Below, piece by piece: positions 30,873-42,735 of a DNA stretch of 64,000 nucleotides. Where the stretch lies: contig JAKACP010000001.1 of the NCBI GenBank assembly GCA_021821305.1, forward strand, positions 4,934 through 68,933, in the 5' to 3' direction. The stretch is from a bacterium. Its GTDB lineage: Bacteria > Patescibacteriota > Minisyncoccia > Moranbacterales > UBA1568. The notes under the pieces are model-generated. The model saw only the letters and a program-made list of their open reading frames with translations. It did not search any database and had not been told where the DNA came from. Position numbers and translations under genes: made by a program. Every line of letters begins with the position of its first letter. Position 1 is the first letter of the stretch.

Positions 30873-31328
30873 CTACGAGAGAGCTTCCTCGACGAACGGT
30901 TTGATGGCCGCTCCGTCGGCGCGTCCGGCAACCTTCTTCATCGCGGCGCCCATGAGCTTGCCGAAATCGGCCTTGGTCGACGCGCCGGTCTCGGCCTTCG
31001 CCTCGGCGACGAGCGCGCGCAACTCGGCCTCCGGCAACGCGGCCGGAAGATATTCCTCGATGATCGCGAGTTCGGCCTCCTCCTTTTCGGCGAGGTCAGG
31101 ACGGGCGCCGGCGCGATAGCTCTCGGCGCTCTCGCGGCGCTGCTTGGTCAGGCGGCGCAGGATCGCGACGACTTCCTCGTCCGACAGTTCGGAAACCGGC
31201 CGGCGGAGTTCTATGGCCTCGTTCTTGAGCGCGCTCTCGATGAAACGGATCGTATCCCGACGATCCGCCTCACCCGCTTTCATCGCGGCCTTCAGCGCCT
31301 CATGGATGGTTTCGTAGAGCGTCATCAC
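30873..31328 (-). CDS. GatB/YqeY domain protein.
   Basis: 151 aa helical protein carrying the YqeY-type motif (...AILRRLTKQRRESAESY...). Confidence 0.65.
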   Translation of the reverse strand: MMTLYETIHEALKAAMKAGEADRRDTIRFIESALKNEAIELRRPVSELSDEEVVAILRRLTKQRRESAESYRAGARPDLAEKEEAELAIIEEYLPAALPEAELRALVAEAKAETGASTKADFGKLMGAAMKKVAGRADGAAIKPFVEEALS

Positions 31329-31585
31329 TATTGGCGGTTAAGTTTCTTCTTGATGTCCTTGAGCGACTCGTCGTCGAATTTCCCGAATTTCTTGAGACGG
31401 GTTATTTCCTTGCGGATCTTGGTCTTGTAGAGAGCTTCGTCGCGGCGCTTTCCTTTGCTCTGCTCTGCCTGACGGAAACGGAGCTTGCGGGCCTTCTTGA
31501 GCACGCCGCTCTGTTGGACGCGCCTTGAAAAACGGCGGATCATACCTTCTGCCGTCTCCTTTTCCTTTCGTTTGACCTGTATCAT
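31328..31585 (-). CDS. rpsU: 30S ribosomal protein S21.
   Basis: MIQVKRKEKETAEGMIRRFSRRVQQSG..., the S21 signature. Confidence 0.85.
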   Translation of the reverse strand: MIQVKRKEKETAEGMIRRFSRRVQQSGVLKKARKLRFRQAEQSKGKRRDEALYKTKIRKEITRLKKFGKFDDESLKDIKKKLNRQ

Positions 31586-31633
31586 GATACCGACCTCCTT
31601 TCTTATGGTTGGGGCTCCGTGATCGGAACCCGT

Positions 31634-31981
31634 TCAGACGGGACGTATCCCCTCGGTGAGCCTCGCTCCGCCGATGAGGTGAAGATGGATATGGGGTATT
31701 TCCTGCCCTCCATCGCGCCCCACCCGGAAGAGAAGCTTATACCCTTTTTCGGAAATATTCAAGTCTCTCGCGATATTCCGCGCTACGAGCACCATTTCCC
31801 CGATGAGGGGGCCACCCGTGGCCTCAAGATCGTCGATGCTCGCTATGCGCTTCTTCGGAATGATGAGGACGTGCACCGGCGCGAGCGGATGGATGTCGTG
31901 GAACGCGAGGATGGCATCGTTCTCGAAGACAATGTCCGCGGGAATCTCCCTCCTGATGATCTTGTCGAACACCGTTTCCAT
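31634..31981 (-). CDS. HIT (histidine triad) family hydrolase.
   Basis: IFDKIIRREIPA...HIHLHLIGG, the histidine triad. Confidence 0.8.
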   Translation of the reverse strand: METVFDKIIRREIPADIVFENDAILAFHDIHPLAPVHVLIIPKKRIASIDDLEATGGPLIGEMVLVARNIARDLNISEKGYKLLFRVGRDGGQEIPHIHLHLIGGARLTEGIRPV

Positions 31982-32006
31982 AGCCGTGATCTCTCGATGA
32001 GGTCTT

Positions 32007-33428
32007 CTAGTTTTTCGGGGACGAATGCGAGAGCTGGACGTTCGACTTGAGGATCTTCTTGACCGCGTCGGTGAGCTTGTCCTGCCGTACTGTCTCCTGG
32101 GTTCCGGAAATCATATCCTTGACGATCGCGGTCTCGTCGAGCGCCTCCTTCTGCCCGAGGATAATGGTCACCTCGACGCCGAGGCGGCTCGCGACGCGCA
32201 GCTGCGCCTTGAGGCTCCCGCGGCCGAAACTCTCCGCCACCAAAATACCATTTTTTTCGAGATCGGAAAACAAGCGGAGGCTTTTTTTCTTGGCCAGATC
32301 GCCGAGCTGTGCGAGGAAGACCCGCGGACGGACCGGCTCATGCGGTTTCGCGTGCACCCGCTTCATCTCGAGCACGATCCGGTCGAGTCCGAGGCCGAAC
32401 CCGATGGCCGGCGTCGGCTCGCCGCCGAGCTCCTGGATGAGGTTGTCGTAGCGTCCCCCTCCGCCGAGCGCGTACTTCTTGCCCTCGCGGTCGGACGACC
32501 AGATCTCGAAGACGGTGCGGGTATAGTAGTCGAGCCCGCGGACGAGGCGCGGATTGATCGAGTACGGCAGTTCGAGCTCGTCGAGATATTCGAGGAGCGA
32601 CTTGAAGTGCGCCCGGGACTCGTCGTCGAGGAAGTCGAGCGCCTGCGGCGCCTGCGAGGTCAGCTGGATGCATTTGTCCTCCTTGCAGTCGAGGATACGC
32701 ATCGGATTGGTGGAGAGGCGCTCGCGGCAGTTCTGACAGAGTTTGTGCTTCTGCGATTCGAGGTACCGGACGAGCGCCTTCTCATAGCGTTTCCGGGATT
32801 CCGGGACGCCGATCGAGTTCACCTGGAACTCGATGTCCTTCAGACCGAGTTCGCGGACGACACGATAGGCGAGCTGGATGACCTGCGCGTCGAGGATCGG
32901 ATCGTCCTCGCCGAACACGTCGAAGTTTCCCTGCCAGAGCTCGCGGTACCGTCCTTCCTGCGGACGATCGTAACGGAACACCGGCCCCATGGAGAAGAGC
33001 TTGATCGGCTTCGGCAGGACGGACATGCCGTGCTGGATATAGGCGCGGGCGATACCGGCGGTGAACTCGGGACGGAGCGCGACACGGTCGCCGCCGCGGG
33101 TCGTGAACGAGTAGAGTTCCTTGTCGATGATATCTGTCCCTTCCTTGATCGAGCGGACGAACAGATGGAGATACTCGACCATCGGCACTTCTATGCGGCT
33201 GTACCCGTACTCCTGCGCGGCGTTCGAGATGCTCCGGCGCACGCGCTCCCAATACGGCTGCTCATCGGGAAGGATATCCCGCATGCCGCGGAGCGACTGG
33301 AGCAGAAGCTCGCTTTCCGAAACGGACGGCTTCGACTCCGTTTTCGGCTGGGTCTTCCTCTCTGTCTTCTGAACGGCCGCCTTCTTCGTCGCTATCGGCT
33401 TCTTCGCCGCCTGTTTCTTCTGCGCCAT
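32007..33428 (-). CDS. hisS: Histidyl-tRNA synthetase with a Lys-rich N-terminal extension.
   Basis: Class II aaRS motifs (GMRDILP, ...FRYDRPQEGRYREL..., GGGRYD). About 40 N-terminal residues are K/A/T-rich. Confidence 0.9.
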   Translation of the reverse strand: MAQKKQAAKKPIATKKAAVQKTERKTQPKTESKPSVSESELLLQSLRGMRDILPDEQPYWERVRRSISNAAQEYGYSRIEVPMVEYLHLFVRSIKEGTDIIDKELYSFTTRGGDRVALRPEFTAGIARAYIQHGMSVLPKPIKLFSMGPVFRYDRPQEGRYRELWQGNFDVFGEDDPILDAQVIQLAYRVVRELGLKDIEFQVNSIGVPESRKRYEKALVRYLESQKHKLCQNCRERLSTNPMRILDCKEDKCIQLTSQAPQALDFLDDESRAHFKSLLEYLDELELPYSINPRLVRGLDYYTRTVFEIWSSDREGKKYALGGGGRYDNLIQELGGEPTPAIGFGLGLDRIVLEMKRVHAKPHEPVRPRVFLAQLGDLAKKKSLRLFSDLEKNGILVAESFGRGSLKAQLRVASRLGVEVTIILGQKEALDETAIVKDMISGTQETVRQDKLTDAVKKILKSNVQLSHSSPKN

Positions 33429-33502
33429 ACGATCTTCGTAGCTTCGTAGTTGTCCCGACTGTAAGACCCCTAAAAGCTATAACCTAAAAGCTAAAATCTG
33501 TA

Positions 33503-34150
33503 TCAATACCACTCGATATCGGAAAACGGCCATGCCCGGAAGAGCACCCGTCCGATGATCATATCCTTCCTGACCGGACCGAAAAACCGGGAGTCATGGC
33601 TCGCACCCCGATTGTCGCCGAGCACGAAATACTCGTCGGGGCCGAGTGTCAGCGCCTTCATATCCGTCGTCACGACCGTATCGGCGAGGTATTCGGATTC
33701 GTCCAGCACGAACCCTTCCGGATGGACATCGTTCGCGATCATGATCTTCGATCGTTCGATCTTGACCGTCTCGCCCGGAAGCCCGATGACACGCTTGATG
33801 AGATACTGGCCGTCATTCTGCGGGGAGCGGAGCACGACCGGCTCCTGCCGGACGAGCTCGCGGAACGGATCCACCGTGAAGAAGTCGTACCCGGCGGCAC
33901 CGACGTCGGTCTTCTTGTATCCGAATTCGTTCACGATGAGGTACTCCCCGTCATGGAAATTGGGAACCATGCTCGAACCCTGGACAAAGAACGGCTGGAA
34001 GAGAAAGACGCGAATCGGTATAATGATGACAGCGGCAAGCAGGAACACCTTGACCATCTCGGAAAAAAATTGTCCGGCGGAAAGGGATTCCTCCTCCTCG
34101 GACGGTTCATGTCCCCGATCCTGTCCGGCGGATTGTTCCGGTGGAAGCAT
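33503..34150 (-). CDS. lepB: Signal peptidase I.
   Basis: Catalytic Ser box (VQGSSMVPNF) and GDNRGASHDSR box. Confidence 0.8.
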   Translation of the reverse strand: MLPPEQSAGQDRGHEPSEEEESLSAGQFFSEMVKVFLLAAVIIIPIRVFLFQPFFVQGSSMVPNFHDGEYLIVNEFGYKKTDVGAAGYDFFTVDPFRELVRQEPVVLRSPQNDGQYLIKRVIGLPGETVKIERSKIMIANDVHPEGFVLDESEYLADTVVTTDMKALTLGPDEYFVLGDNRGASHDSRFFGPVRKDMIIGRVLFRAWPFSDIEWY

Positions 34151-34261
34151 AGCGGAAAGGCTTTGAATACGGGCGAATAAGACGAAACAAGACGATTATA
34201 ACACTGATTTCGGTCGAAATCAAGACCGCGATTCCGGTAACCGTCCGATAAGAATATCATC

Positions 34262-35716
34262 ATGAGCGGAAGCTCGGCGAAAAAATCAGCGATCATCATC
34301 GGCATGCTCCTCTCCGCCGGAATCGTGTTCCTCGGATGGAAGTTTTTCGCCGTATCGGAACGGATCCACATCGAAAACCCCTCGGCTCGGGGAACCTATG
34401 AGAATCTCTCGTCGATACTCCCCGGCGGCGAGCGCGAGAAACTCCACGGCGAAGACGAGGGCCGGATCAATATCCTGCTCCTCGGCCGCGCCGGAGAGAA
34501 GTATCCCGGCAAACACCTGACCGACACCGTCATGCTCGCCTCGATCGACACGAAGGAGCATCGGGCGGGATTTCTCTCGCTGCCCCGCGATCTCTACGCG
34601 CCGATTCCGGGAACGAACCTCTACACGAAACTCAACTCGCTCTATCAGTACGGGCTCTCCTCGGGCGACGATGCGGATATCGTCCGCCGCGCCGTCGAAC
34701 ACATGACTGGCGTCGACGTCCCTTACTTCATCAGTCTCGATTTCGACGGCTTCGAGCGCATCATCGACGACCTCGGCGGGGTGAAGATCTACTCGGAGCG
34801 CGATATCCGCGACACCCGCTACCCCGGCAAGAACTACAGCTACGAGACGTTCGAGCTCTCCGCGGGCTGGCACGAGCTCGACGGCAAGACGGCGCTCAAG
34901 TACGCCCGCGAACGGCATTCCGATCCGGAGGGCGATTTCGGACGCGCCAAGCGCCAACAGCAGATCATCAAGGCGGCGCAGGAAAAGGCGTTCTCGGCGA
35001 AAACCTATCTCAACGCCTTCACGATCACCCGTCTCTTCGAGACGCTCGGCGACAGCGTCCGCACCAATCTCTCGATCGCCGAGATCGCGTCGCTCGCCGA
35101 ACTCGGCAAGACGACCGACCTCCGCAACGCCTCGACCGTCGTCGTCGACGCGTGGCGAAAAGAGAGCCTCCTGCGTGTCTCGCACGTGGAGGTCTCGGGT
35201 GTCCGCGCGTTCATCCTCGTCCCCCGTACCGGAAACTGGAGCGAGATCCGGGAAGTCTCCGCGCATATCTTCGATCAGGAAGACATCCGAAAACGCACCG
35301 AGCAGGTAGCGCTCGAAGCGCCGAGCATACTCGTCATATCGCGTCCGGAAGACGCCTCCAAGGCGGCGGCGTTCGCGCGGACGGTGAAAGGCGCTCTCGG
35401 GAGCGGGCTCGACGTAGACACCGCGATATCGCCGACGCTGGAAAAATCCGTGAAAAGCGCTATCATGGACAGGACATCCCTCGGCAAGCCCTATTCGTTC
35501 GACAGCCTGCTCCGCACCTTCGGCCTTGAGAAGTCAGCCGCCTCCGTTCCCACGGATGTCAGGAACACGGCAATCTCGAAAGCCGATTTCGTCATACTCT
35601 ACGGCGAGAGCCCGATCGATACTCCGGTATCGGAAACCACGCTCGATGAAACCGACGGAGACGGCGCAGGGATACAGGACGAATTCTCCGATTTTCTCGA
35701 ACCGCAGAAGAGATAG
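34262..35716 (+). CDS. LytR-CpsA-Psr (LCP) family cell-envelope phosphotransferase.
   Basis: N-terminal TM, then an LCP core (INILLLGRAGEKYPGKHLTDTVMLASI...LPRDLY...GGV). Confidence 0.75.
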   Translation: MSGSSAKKSAIIIGMLLSAGIVFLGWKFFAVSERIHIENPSARGTYENLSSILPGGEREKLHGEDEGRINILLLGRAGEKYPGKHLTDTVMLASIDTKEHRAGFLSLPRDLYAPIPGTNLYTKLNSLYQYGLSSGDDADIVRRAVEHMTGVDVPYFISLDFDGFERIIDDLGGVKIYSERDIRDTRYPGKNYSYETFELSAGWHELDGKTALKYARERHSDPEGDFGRAKRQQQIIKAAQEKAFSAKTYLNAFTITRLFETLGDSVRTNLSIAEIASLAELGKTTDLRNASTVVVDAWRKESLLRVSHVEVSGVRAFILVPRTGNWSEIREVSAHIFDQEDIRKRTEQVALEAPSILVISRPEDASKAAAFARTVKGALGSGLDVDTAISPTLEKSVKSAIMDRTSLGKPYSFDSLLRTFGLEKSAASVPTDVRNTAISKADFVILYGESPIDTPVSETTLDETDGDGAGIQDEFSDFLEPQKR

Positions 35717-35724
35717 GATCTCTT

Positions 35725-35866
35725 CAAAACACAAAACACAGTGCACAAAATACCAAACAAAACACAAAGAGACAAAGCACGAACGGGGGCAGGGTTTTGT
35801 TTGTGTTTTTGTGGTTTGTAATCTGTGTTTTGTTTGGATGTTTGTGTTTTGAAAGTTGTGTTTTCT
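35725..35866. repeat. Copy C of the imperfect-palindromic intergenic repeat family.
   Basis: caaaacacaaaacacagtgcacaaaataccaaacaaaacaca...ttttgtttgtgtttttgtggtttg...tgtgttttgtttggatgtttgtgtttt. It fills the LCP-pth spacer. Confidence 0.7.
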
Positions 35867-35891
35867 GGTCAAGATTCTAAAGGACATTTCT

Positions 35892-36407
35892 ATGAAAGTG
35901 ATAATAGGTCTCGGCAATCCGGGGACAGGATACGAATCGACGCGCCACAATGCCGGGTTCCTGTTTTCGGATTTCCTCCGGACGAAGTGGGAGTTCCCGG
36001 AATTCTCCGAGGAAAAGAAATTCTCGTCCCAGATATCCGGCGCGACGCGGGGCATCGAAAAGTGCCTGCTCGTGAAGCCGACGACCTTCATGAACCGCTC
36101 CGGCGATGCGGTCGCCGCCACGATGAGCTTCTACAAGCTCTCGCCCGATGATCTCCTCGTCGTCCACGACGACCTCGATATCCCGTTCGGATCGTGGAAG
36201 GCGTCGAAGGGATCCGGAGCGGCCGGCCACAACGGCATATCGGACATCATCGGAAAGATCGGCACCAAGGATTTCCGCCGCATCCGTATCGGTATCGGAC
36301 GCCCCGAAGACGGCCGAGACCCGGCCGACTACGTCCTCGACCGTTTCACGCCGGAAGAAGCGGCGCGACTTCCGGAAATATTCGAGGATATCTTCTCCTC
36401 GCTGTAG
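35892..36407 (+). CDS. pth: Peptidyl-tRNA hydrolase.
   Basis: MKVIIGLGNPG..YESTRHNAGF...HNGI motifs. Confidence 0.85.
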   Translation: MKVIIGLGNPGTGYESTRHNAGFLFSDFLRTKWEFPEFSEEKKFSSQISGATRGIEKCLLVKPTTFMNRSGDAVAATMSFYKLSPDDLLVVHDDLDIPFGSWKASKGSGAAGHNGISDIIGKIGTKDFRRIRIGIGRPEDGRDPADYVLDRFTPEEAARLPEIFEDIFSSL

Positions 36408-36420
36408 CCATTTCAAAAAA

Positions 36421-36499
36421 TCCGGAAAGCAAAATCCCGTCTTCCTGACCGCGGACGCTCGCGGTCGACGGAACTTTCTTTCCGGATTTTTCTTTTTTT
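36421..36499 (+). terminator. Nested hairpin followed by a T-run; terminator of pth.
   Basis: Outer stem tccggaaag/ctttccgga, inner stem gaccgcg/cgcggtc, then tttttcttttttt. Confidence 0.6.
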
Positions 36500-36534
36500 A
36501 AAAAAAGCGCCGCGATTCCGATCGCGGCGCTTTT
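36500..36534. terminator. Bidirectional Rho-independent terminator between the convergent pth and rplY genes.
   Basis: A7 run, perfect 10-bp stem gcgccgcgat/atcgcggcgc with loop tccg, then T4. Confidence 0.65.
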
Positions 36535-36697
36535 CGTCCCTGGAAAATGACAAGAGCCGGATTCCCGACTGGAATTCTTCGGCCGATGTAGGAGGGGTGA
36601 TCGGCTTCGGTTCTCCAGCCGGAAATCCGGCTCTCATCCTCGTAAACTTGGGATTCATCGTACCCCGGCGGGAATCACCCCGTCAAGGACGCGGCGG

Positions 36698-37366
36698 CTA
36701 CTTCTTGGCCTCCGCAGGCGCCTCTTCGGCGGCCTCCTTCTTCTCGACGCTCTCGACTTTGGTCACGTCCGCCTCGACCTTCTCGTTGAGCTCCTCGAGT
36801 TCGGCCTCGCTTCTCGGTTCCTCGACGAGGGCGATCACGGTCTCGAGATCGTCCTTGACGGTCACCTTCGCGGGGATGACGATGTCCTTGATCTTGATCA
36901 CGTCATCGAACGTCTTGAGCGAGGAGAGATCGACCGGGAGCGTATGCGGGAGATCGGCCGGAAGGGCGCTGACTCCGACGGCCTCGAGCGCGCGGACGAG
37001 CACGCCGCCGTGTTCGCGGACGGCCGGCGTCTCACCGATGAATTCGAGCGGAATATCGGCTTCGATGGCCTCGTTCATGCTCACTTCGAAAAAGTCCGCG
37101 TGCACGAACTTGCTCGTCATCGGGTGGAGCTGGATATCCTTGATGAGCACGTTCACCGGCTTTCCGGTCCCGACCGAAAGCGCGATGATCGTGTTTTCGC
37201 CGGCCGCCTTGTAGGCGCGGGAAAACGCGAGATGCTCGAGCGAGAGGTTCTTCGGTTCGGCGCCGTGTCCGTAGAGGACCGCGGGGACGAGACCCTGCTT
37301 GCGAAGCGTCTGGAGCGCTTTGCCGCTTTCGCGGGTCGCCGCGTTGAGGGTTATGGTATCGGACAT
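36698..37366 (-). CDS. rplY: 50S ribosomal protein L25 / general stress protein Ctc.
   Basis: L25 beta-barrel N-domain (NAATRESGKA...LRKQGLVPAVLYG) plus the Ctc C-terminal domain. Confidence 0.85.
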   Translation of the reverse strand: MSDTITLNAATRESGKALQTLRKQGLVPAVLYGHGAEPKNLSLEHLAFSRAYKAAGENTIIALSVGTGKPVNVLIKDIQLHPMTSKFVHADFFEVSMNEAIEADIPLEFIGETPAVREHGGVLVRALEAVGVSALPADLPHTLPVDLSSLKTFDDVIKIKDIVIPAKVTVKDDLETVIALVEEPRSEAELEELNEKVEADVTKVESVEKKEAAEEAPAEAKK

Positions 37367-37422
37367 AGGATGGGACGTATCAAATATTAGAGCCTATCTC
37401 GAAAATGACTTAAAAAAATACT

Positions 37423-37746
37423 TCAGGAGAGACATTCGCCGATGCCGCCTCGGAAATCCTTGAGGAACCGATGGACTTCCAACGCGTCGTCGGCCGAGAC
37501 CGCCTCGCTCCCGTAAAACTCCTTCACTTCCTCCCGCTCGAGATCGGTCAGCATCCCGAACGAAACCGCCCCCATCTTCCCGAGCGATACGAAGACGAGC
37601 GAGGATATCCCGCACGCTTCGCAGGTCAGATGAAGCGCCGTCTTGCGGTCATCCTCGGACAGGAGGACGACTTTTCCGGGCTCATACTTCTTCTGACACA
37701 CGGGGCATCGGATGAGCGGCTTGATATTTTCCAAGGAGTGTTCCAT
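37423..37746 (-). CDS. Hypothetical small zinc-ribbon protein.
   Basis: CPVCQ...CEAC four-Cys arrangement. No family recognised. Confidence 0.35.
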   Translation of the reverse strand: MEHSLENIKPLIRCPVCQKKYEPGKVVLLSEDDRKTALHLTCEACGISSLVFVSLGKMGAVSFGMLTDLEREEVKEFYGSEAVSADDALEVHRFLKDFRGGIGECLS

Positions 37747-37837
37747 GAGATTTCGACTTTCGACAGAAGGAACCCCGAATCGGAAGTCTTCCCAGCGTAT
37801 CACGTGAAAAGGGCGCGGTCAAGCCCGGGCAACCGAA

Positions 37838-39892
<2,055 letters not shown>

Positions 39893-39943
39893 TCAAAATT
39901 CAATTTCCGTACCGTGGATCGGATCTGCGACCGCTTCCCGCGA

Positions 39944-40324
39944 TCATTCTTCCCGGGTCATCCGCCTGGCGGAAAGCTCGACGAGAAGGATGCCCGCGAA
40001 ACACAAAAGCGCGTTCCACCACGCGAGGATTCCGGCCCGGGAAAGCACGAGCATCCCGACCACGAACAACGCGAGCAGGAATGCCTGCCGGAACGAGCCG
40101 CCGAACGCGTGCGCCGCGCTCTCGTCGCCGAGGAATTTCCTCGACAGTCCGACAAGGATGAGCGTCAGGAGTCCCGCGACGAAGGAAAAGAACGCTCCGA
40201 GAAAAATCATGATCCCCGGCGTCCCCGACGTCGTCGGATCGACGGAAAACAGCACGAACAGCCATGTTCCGAGAGAGAGAACGGTAAAAAAACGGACCCC
40301 GAAGAGGATCGCCTGAAATCTCAT
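39944..40324 (-). CDS. Hypothetical small integral membrane protein with three or four TM helices.
   Basis: Hydrophobic profile only. Confidence 0.35.
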   Translation of the reverse strand: MRFQAILFGVRFFTVLSLGTWLFVLFSVDPTTSGTPGIMIFLGAFFSFVAGLLTLILVGLSRKFLGDESAAHAFGGSFRQAFLLALFVVGMLVLSRAGILAWWNALLCFAGILLVELSARRMTREE

Positions 40325-40496
40325 AGGAAAGGGCTCTAAAGGCAGATTTTCCATATGAAGTGTACCGCATTTTCACGCTCCTGGCAAGCCGGCTTAAGAG
40401 CCTATCCCAATAGGGACATAAAGCCGTCGGAGCATGAATTTCGGAGAAAAAAACCGCCTCTCGACGGTTCTTCCTCCTCTTCTGCTTCAGAGATCC

Positions 40497-41072
40497 CTAA
40501 GCCCGGGATACGTAGTTCCCTTTTTCGGTATTCACGATGATCATGTCGCCTTGCTGTACGAACAAGGGAGTCGTCACCTGCAGTCCGTTCTCGAGCGTCA
40601 CGACCTTGTCGCCTCCCGACGCGGTGTCGCCCTTGATGTTCGGCGGAGCCTCGACGACCTTGAAGGTCATCTTGACCGGGATTTCCACGGTGAGCGCGCG
40701 GCCGTTCCAATGGAGCACGGTCACGTCGGTGCCCTCGATCAAGTATTTCGCGGCATCGCCCATCACCGTCTCGGAAATGCCGAACTGCTCGTAGCTCTCG
40801 GAATCCATGAATTGATACTCGTCACCCTCGCGGTAGAGATACTGCGCCTTGGACTTGGTCACCTCGGCCTCGTCGAACTTGTCCTTGTCCTGGAAGGTAT
40901 AGTCGATGATCGCCCCGGAGATGAGGTTCTGGAGCTTGGTGCGCATCACGGCGCCGCCGCGGCCCAAGAAGGAATGCTGATAATCGAGCACGACGTACGG
41001 CTCGTCATTCCAGAGTATCTTTTTTCCGGTCTTGATGTCGGTGAGGGTCAGCATACGAAATTTTTCAATCAA
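40497..41072 (-). CDS. efp: Elongation factor P.
   Basis: Three-domain EF-P (...WNDEPYVVLDYQHSFLGRGGAVMRTKL...). The start may be the internal Met at 41054. Confidence 0.85.
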   Translation of the reverse strand: MIEKFRMLTLTDIKTGKKILWNDEPYVVLDYQHSFLGRGGAVMRTKLQNLISGAIIDYTFQDKDKFDEAEVTKSKAQYLYREGDEYQFMDSESYEQFGISETVMGDAAKYLIEGTDVTVLHWNGRALTVEIPVKMTFKVVEAPPNIKGDTASGGDKVVTLENGLQVTTPLFVQQGDMIIVNTEKGNYVSRA

Positions 41073-41125
41073 AGAGTCGCGAATTCAGGAACTCGCTCTT
41101 CAATACGTTAATTCGGCGATCGGTC

Positions 41126-41320
41126 CTAGCGCACCACGTACGGGATGAGACCCATGTAGCGGGCCCGCTTCACCGCGAGCGCGAGCGCGCGCTGTTCCTT
41201 GGCCGAAAGACCGAATTTCTTCGGCGGGTAGAGTTTCCCCTGGGAATTCAGGAACCTCCGGAGAAAATAAGCGTCCTTGTAGTCGAGATTCTCGAGCTTC
41301 TTCCGCATCGCGTCGTCCAT
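41126..41320 (-). CDS. rpsR: 30S ribosomal protein S18.
   Basis: DYKDAYFLRRFLNSQGKL...RALALAVKRARYMGLIPY. Confidence 0.85.
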   Translation of the reverse strand: MDDAMRKKLENLDYKDAYFLRRFLNSQGKLYPPKKFGLSAKEQRALALAVKRARYMGLIPYVVR

Positions 41321-41416
41321 AGCTTTGATGATAAATGATAAAAGATAATCGATGAATGATACCCTGATAATCGACGGAGAGGGGTCCGTATCCTACATCT
41401 CTTATCCCGCATCTCC

Positions 41417-41923
41417 TTAAAACGGTACGTCTTCGATCTTGATGTCCTCACGCTCGTCGTCGAGGTTGATCGTCGGGATATCCTCTTCCTTGGGCATCTG
41501 CGCGGCGCCGGCGCCGGCAGCGGCCGACGAAGCGGCGGCCGGACGGGCCGAGCCCTCCTGGCGGGCAGCATAGCCTCCGGAGCCCTGCCCCTGCTGGGAC
41601 CGGGAACCGAGTTGCATCGACTCCCCGACGATTTCGGTCGTCTTCCGCTCGACACCGTCCTTACCGGTATAGGCCCTCGTCTGCAGGCGCCCCTCGACGA
41701 ACGCTTCCGCGCCCTTAGTGAGGTACTGACCGGCGATTTCCGCGAGCCGTCCCCAGAGGACGACCGTGTGAAACTCCGTCTTTTCCTGACGCTGTCCGCT
41801 CTTGTCGGTCCAATAGTTGTTCGTCGCCATGCCGAGGGTCGCGACGGTCTGTCCGGAACCGGTCGTACGGATTTCCGGGTCACGGGTGAGCCGGCCGACG
41901 ATGATCACTTTGTTCACGTTCAT
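41417..41923 (-). CDS. ssb: Single-stranded DNA-binding protein.
   Basis: OB-fold MNVNKVIIVGRLTRDPE..., a Gly/Gln-rich linker and an acidic tip EDVPF. Confidence 0.85.
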   Translation of the reverse strand: MNVNKVIIVGRLTRDPEIRTTGSGQTVATLGMATNNYWTDKSGQRQEKTEFHTVVLWGRLAEIAGQYLTKGAEAFVEGRLQTRAYTGKDGVERKTTEIVGESMQLGSRSQQGQGSGGYAARQEGSARPAAASSAAAGAGAAQMPKEEDIPTINLDDEREDIKIEDVPF

Positions 41924-41972
41924 ATGTTTGTCATGACGCGGCGGCGAGTCCCCGGACTCTTCCGCCTCTTGT

Positions 41973-42563
41973 TTAGATATCGAGCATTTCCTTGAGCTGC
42001 TTGTCGAGCTCTTCGGGACTCATCCGCTTTTCCTCCGGCTTCGGCTCGGCCTCCGCCACGGGTTTGGTTTCGGGCTCCGTGACGGGCTTCGCTTCCGGGG
42101 TCTCTGCGGCCTTTACCGTCGGTGCCGGCCTCGATACGGCCGGTTTCGACTCGAACGACCGGCGATCCGAAGACGACGGGCGACGGCGATCGTCGCGACG
42201 GGCCGGGCGTTCCTCGCGGGGAATCGCCTTCAGCTCGGGAAGCTTCTCCGCGCGGAGAATGAGGAACCGGAGCACCGGTGTATAGAGGAGCAACTTGCGA
42301 TTGATTCCCTCGATGGCTCCTTCCTTGGGTTCGGCTACCGCCACGAACGGCTCGTCGGTCGGAGCCGGCATCGTGAATCGGCGCGCGATGAACGTGCCAC
42401 GACGTTCCTTCTTGATGAGATACGCGAGATTGCGCTTCTCCTCGGTTTCCGCCGGAAGAAAGGTCCCGCCGAATTCGCGCACCGTCGCTTCCACATCCTC
42501 GCGGATTTTCGGAAGCTCCCCGTCCCTCGACTCTCCTACCAGATACAAAAGTTCGTACTCCAT
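41973..42563 (-). CDS. rpsF: 30S ribosomal protein S6 with a long Pro/Glu/Lys-rich C-terminal extension.
   Basis: MEYELLYLV...RNLAYLIKK S6 core. Gene order rpsF-ssb-rpsR. Confidence 0.85.
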   Translation of the reverse strand: MEYELLYLVGESRDGELPKIREDVEATVREFGGTFLPAETEEKRNLAYLIKKERRGTFIARRFTMPAPTDEPFVAVAEPKEGAIEGINRKLLLYTPVLRFLILRAEKLPELKAIPREERPARRDDRRRPSSSDRRSFESKPAVSRPAPTVKAAETPEAKPVTEPETKPVAEAEPKPEEKRMSPEELDKQLKEMLDI

Positions 42564-42735
42564 ACTGTGCCTGCTTATTTGATTACGTATATGAAAACCG
42601 CCAAACGAGAGTCCCCGAAAGCGGTTTCTGCCCACCCTGGTCTCCGGATCGAGGAGCGGGGTGGCGCGTCGGACTTGCTCATTTGTCTCCGAACTCTATC
42701 ATGGAAGCCATTTTTTGGCAACCCCTGAATGCGAG

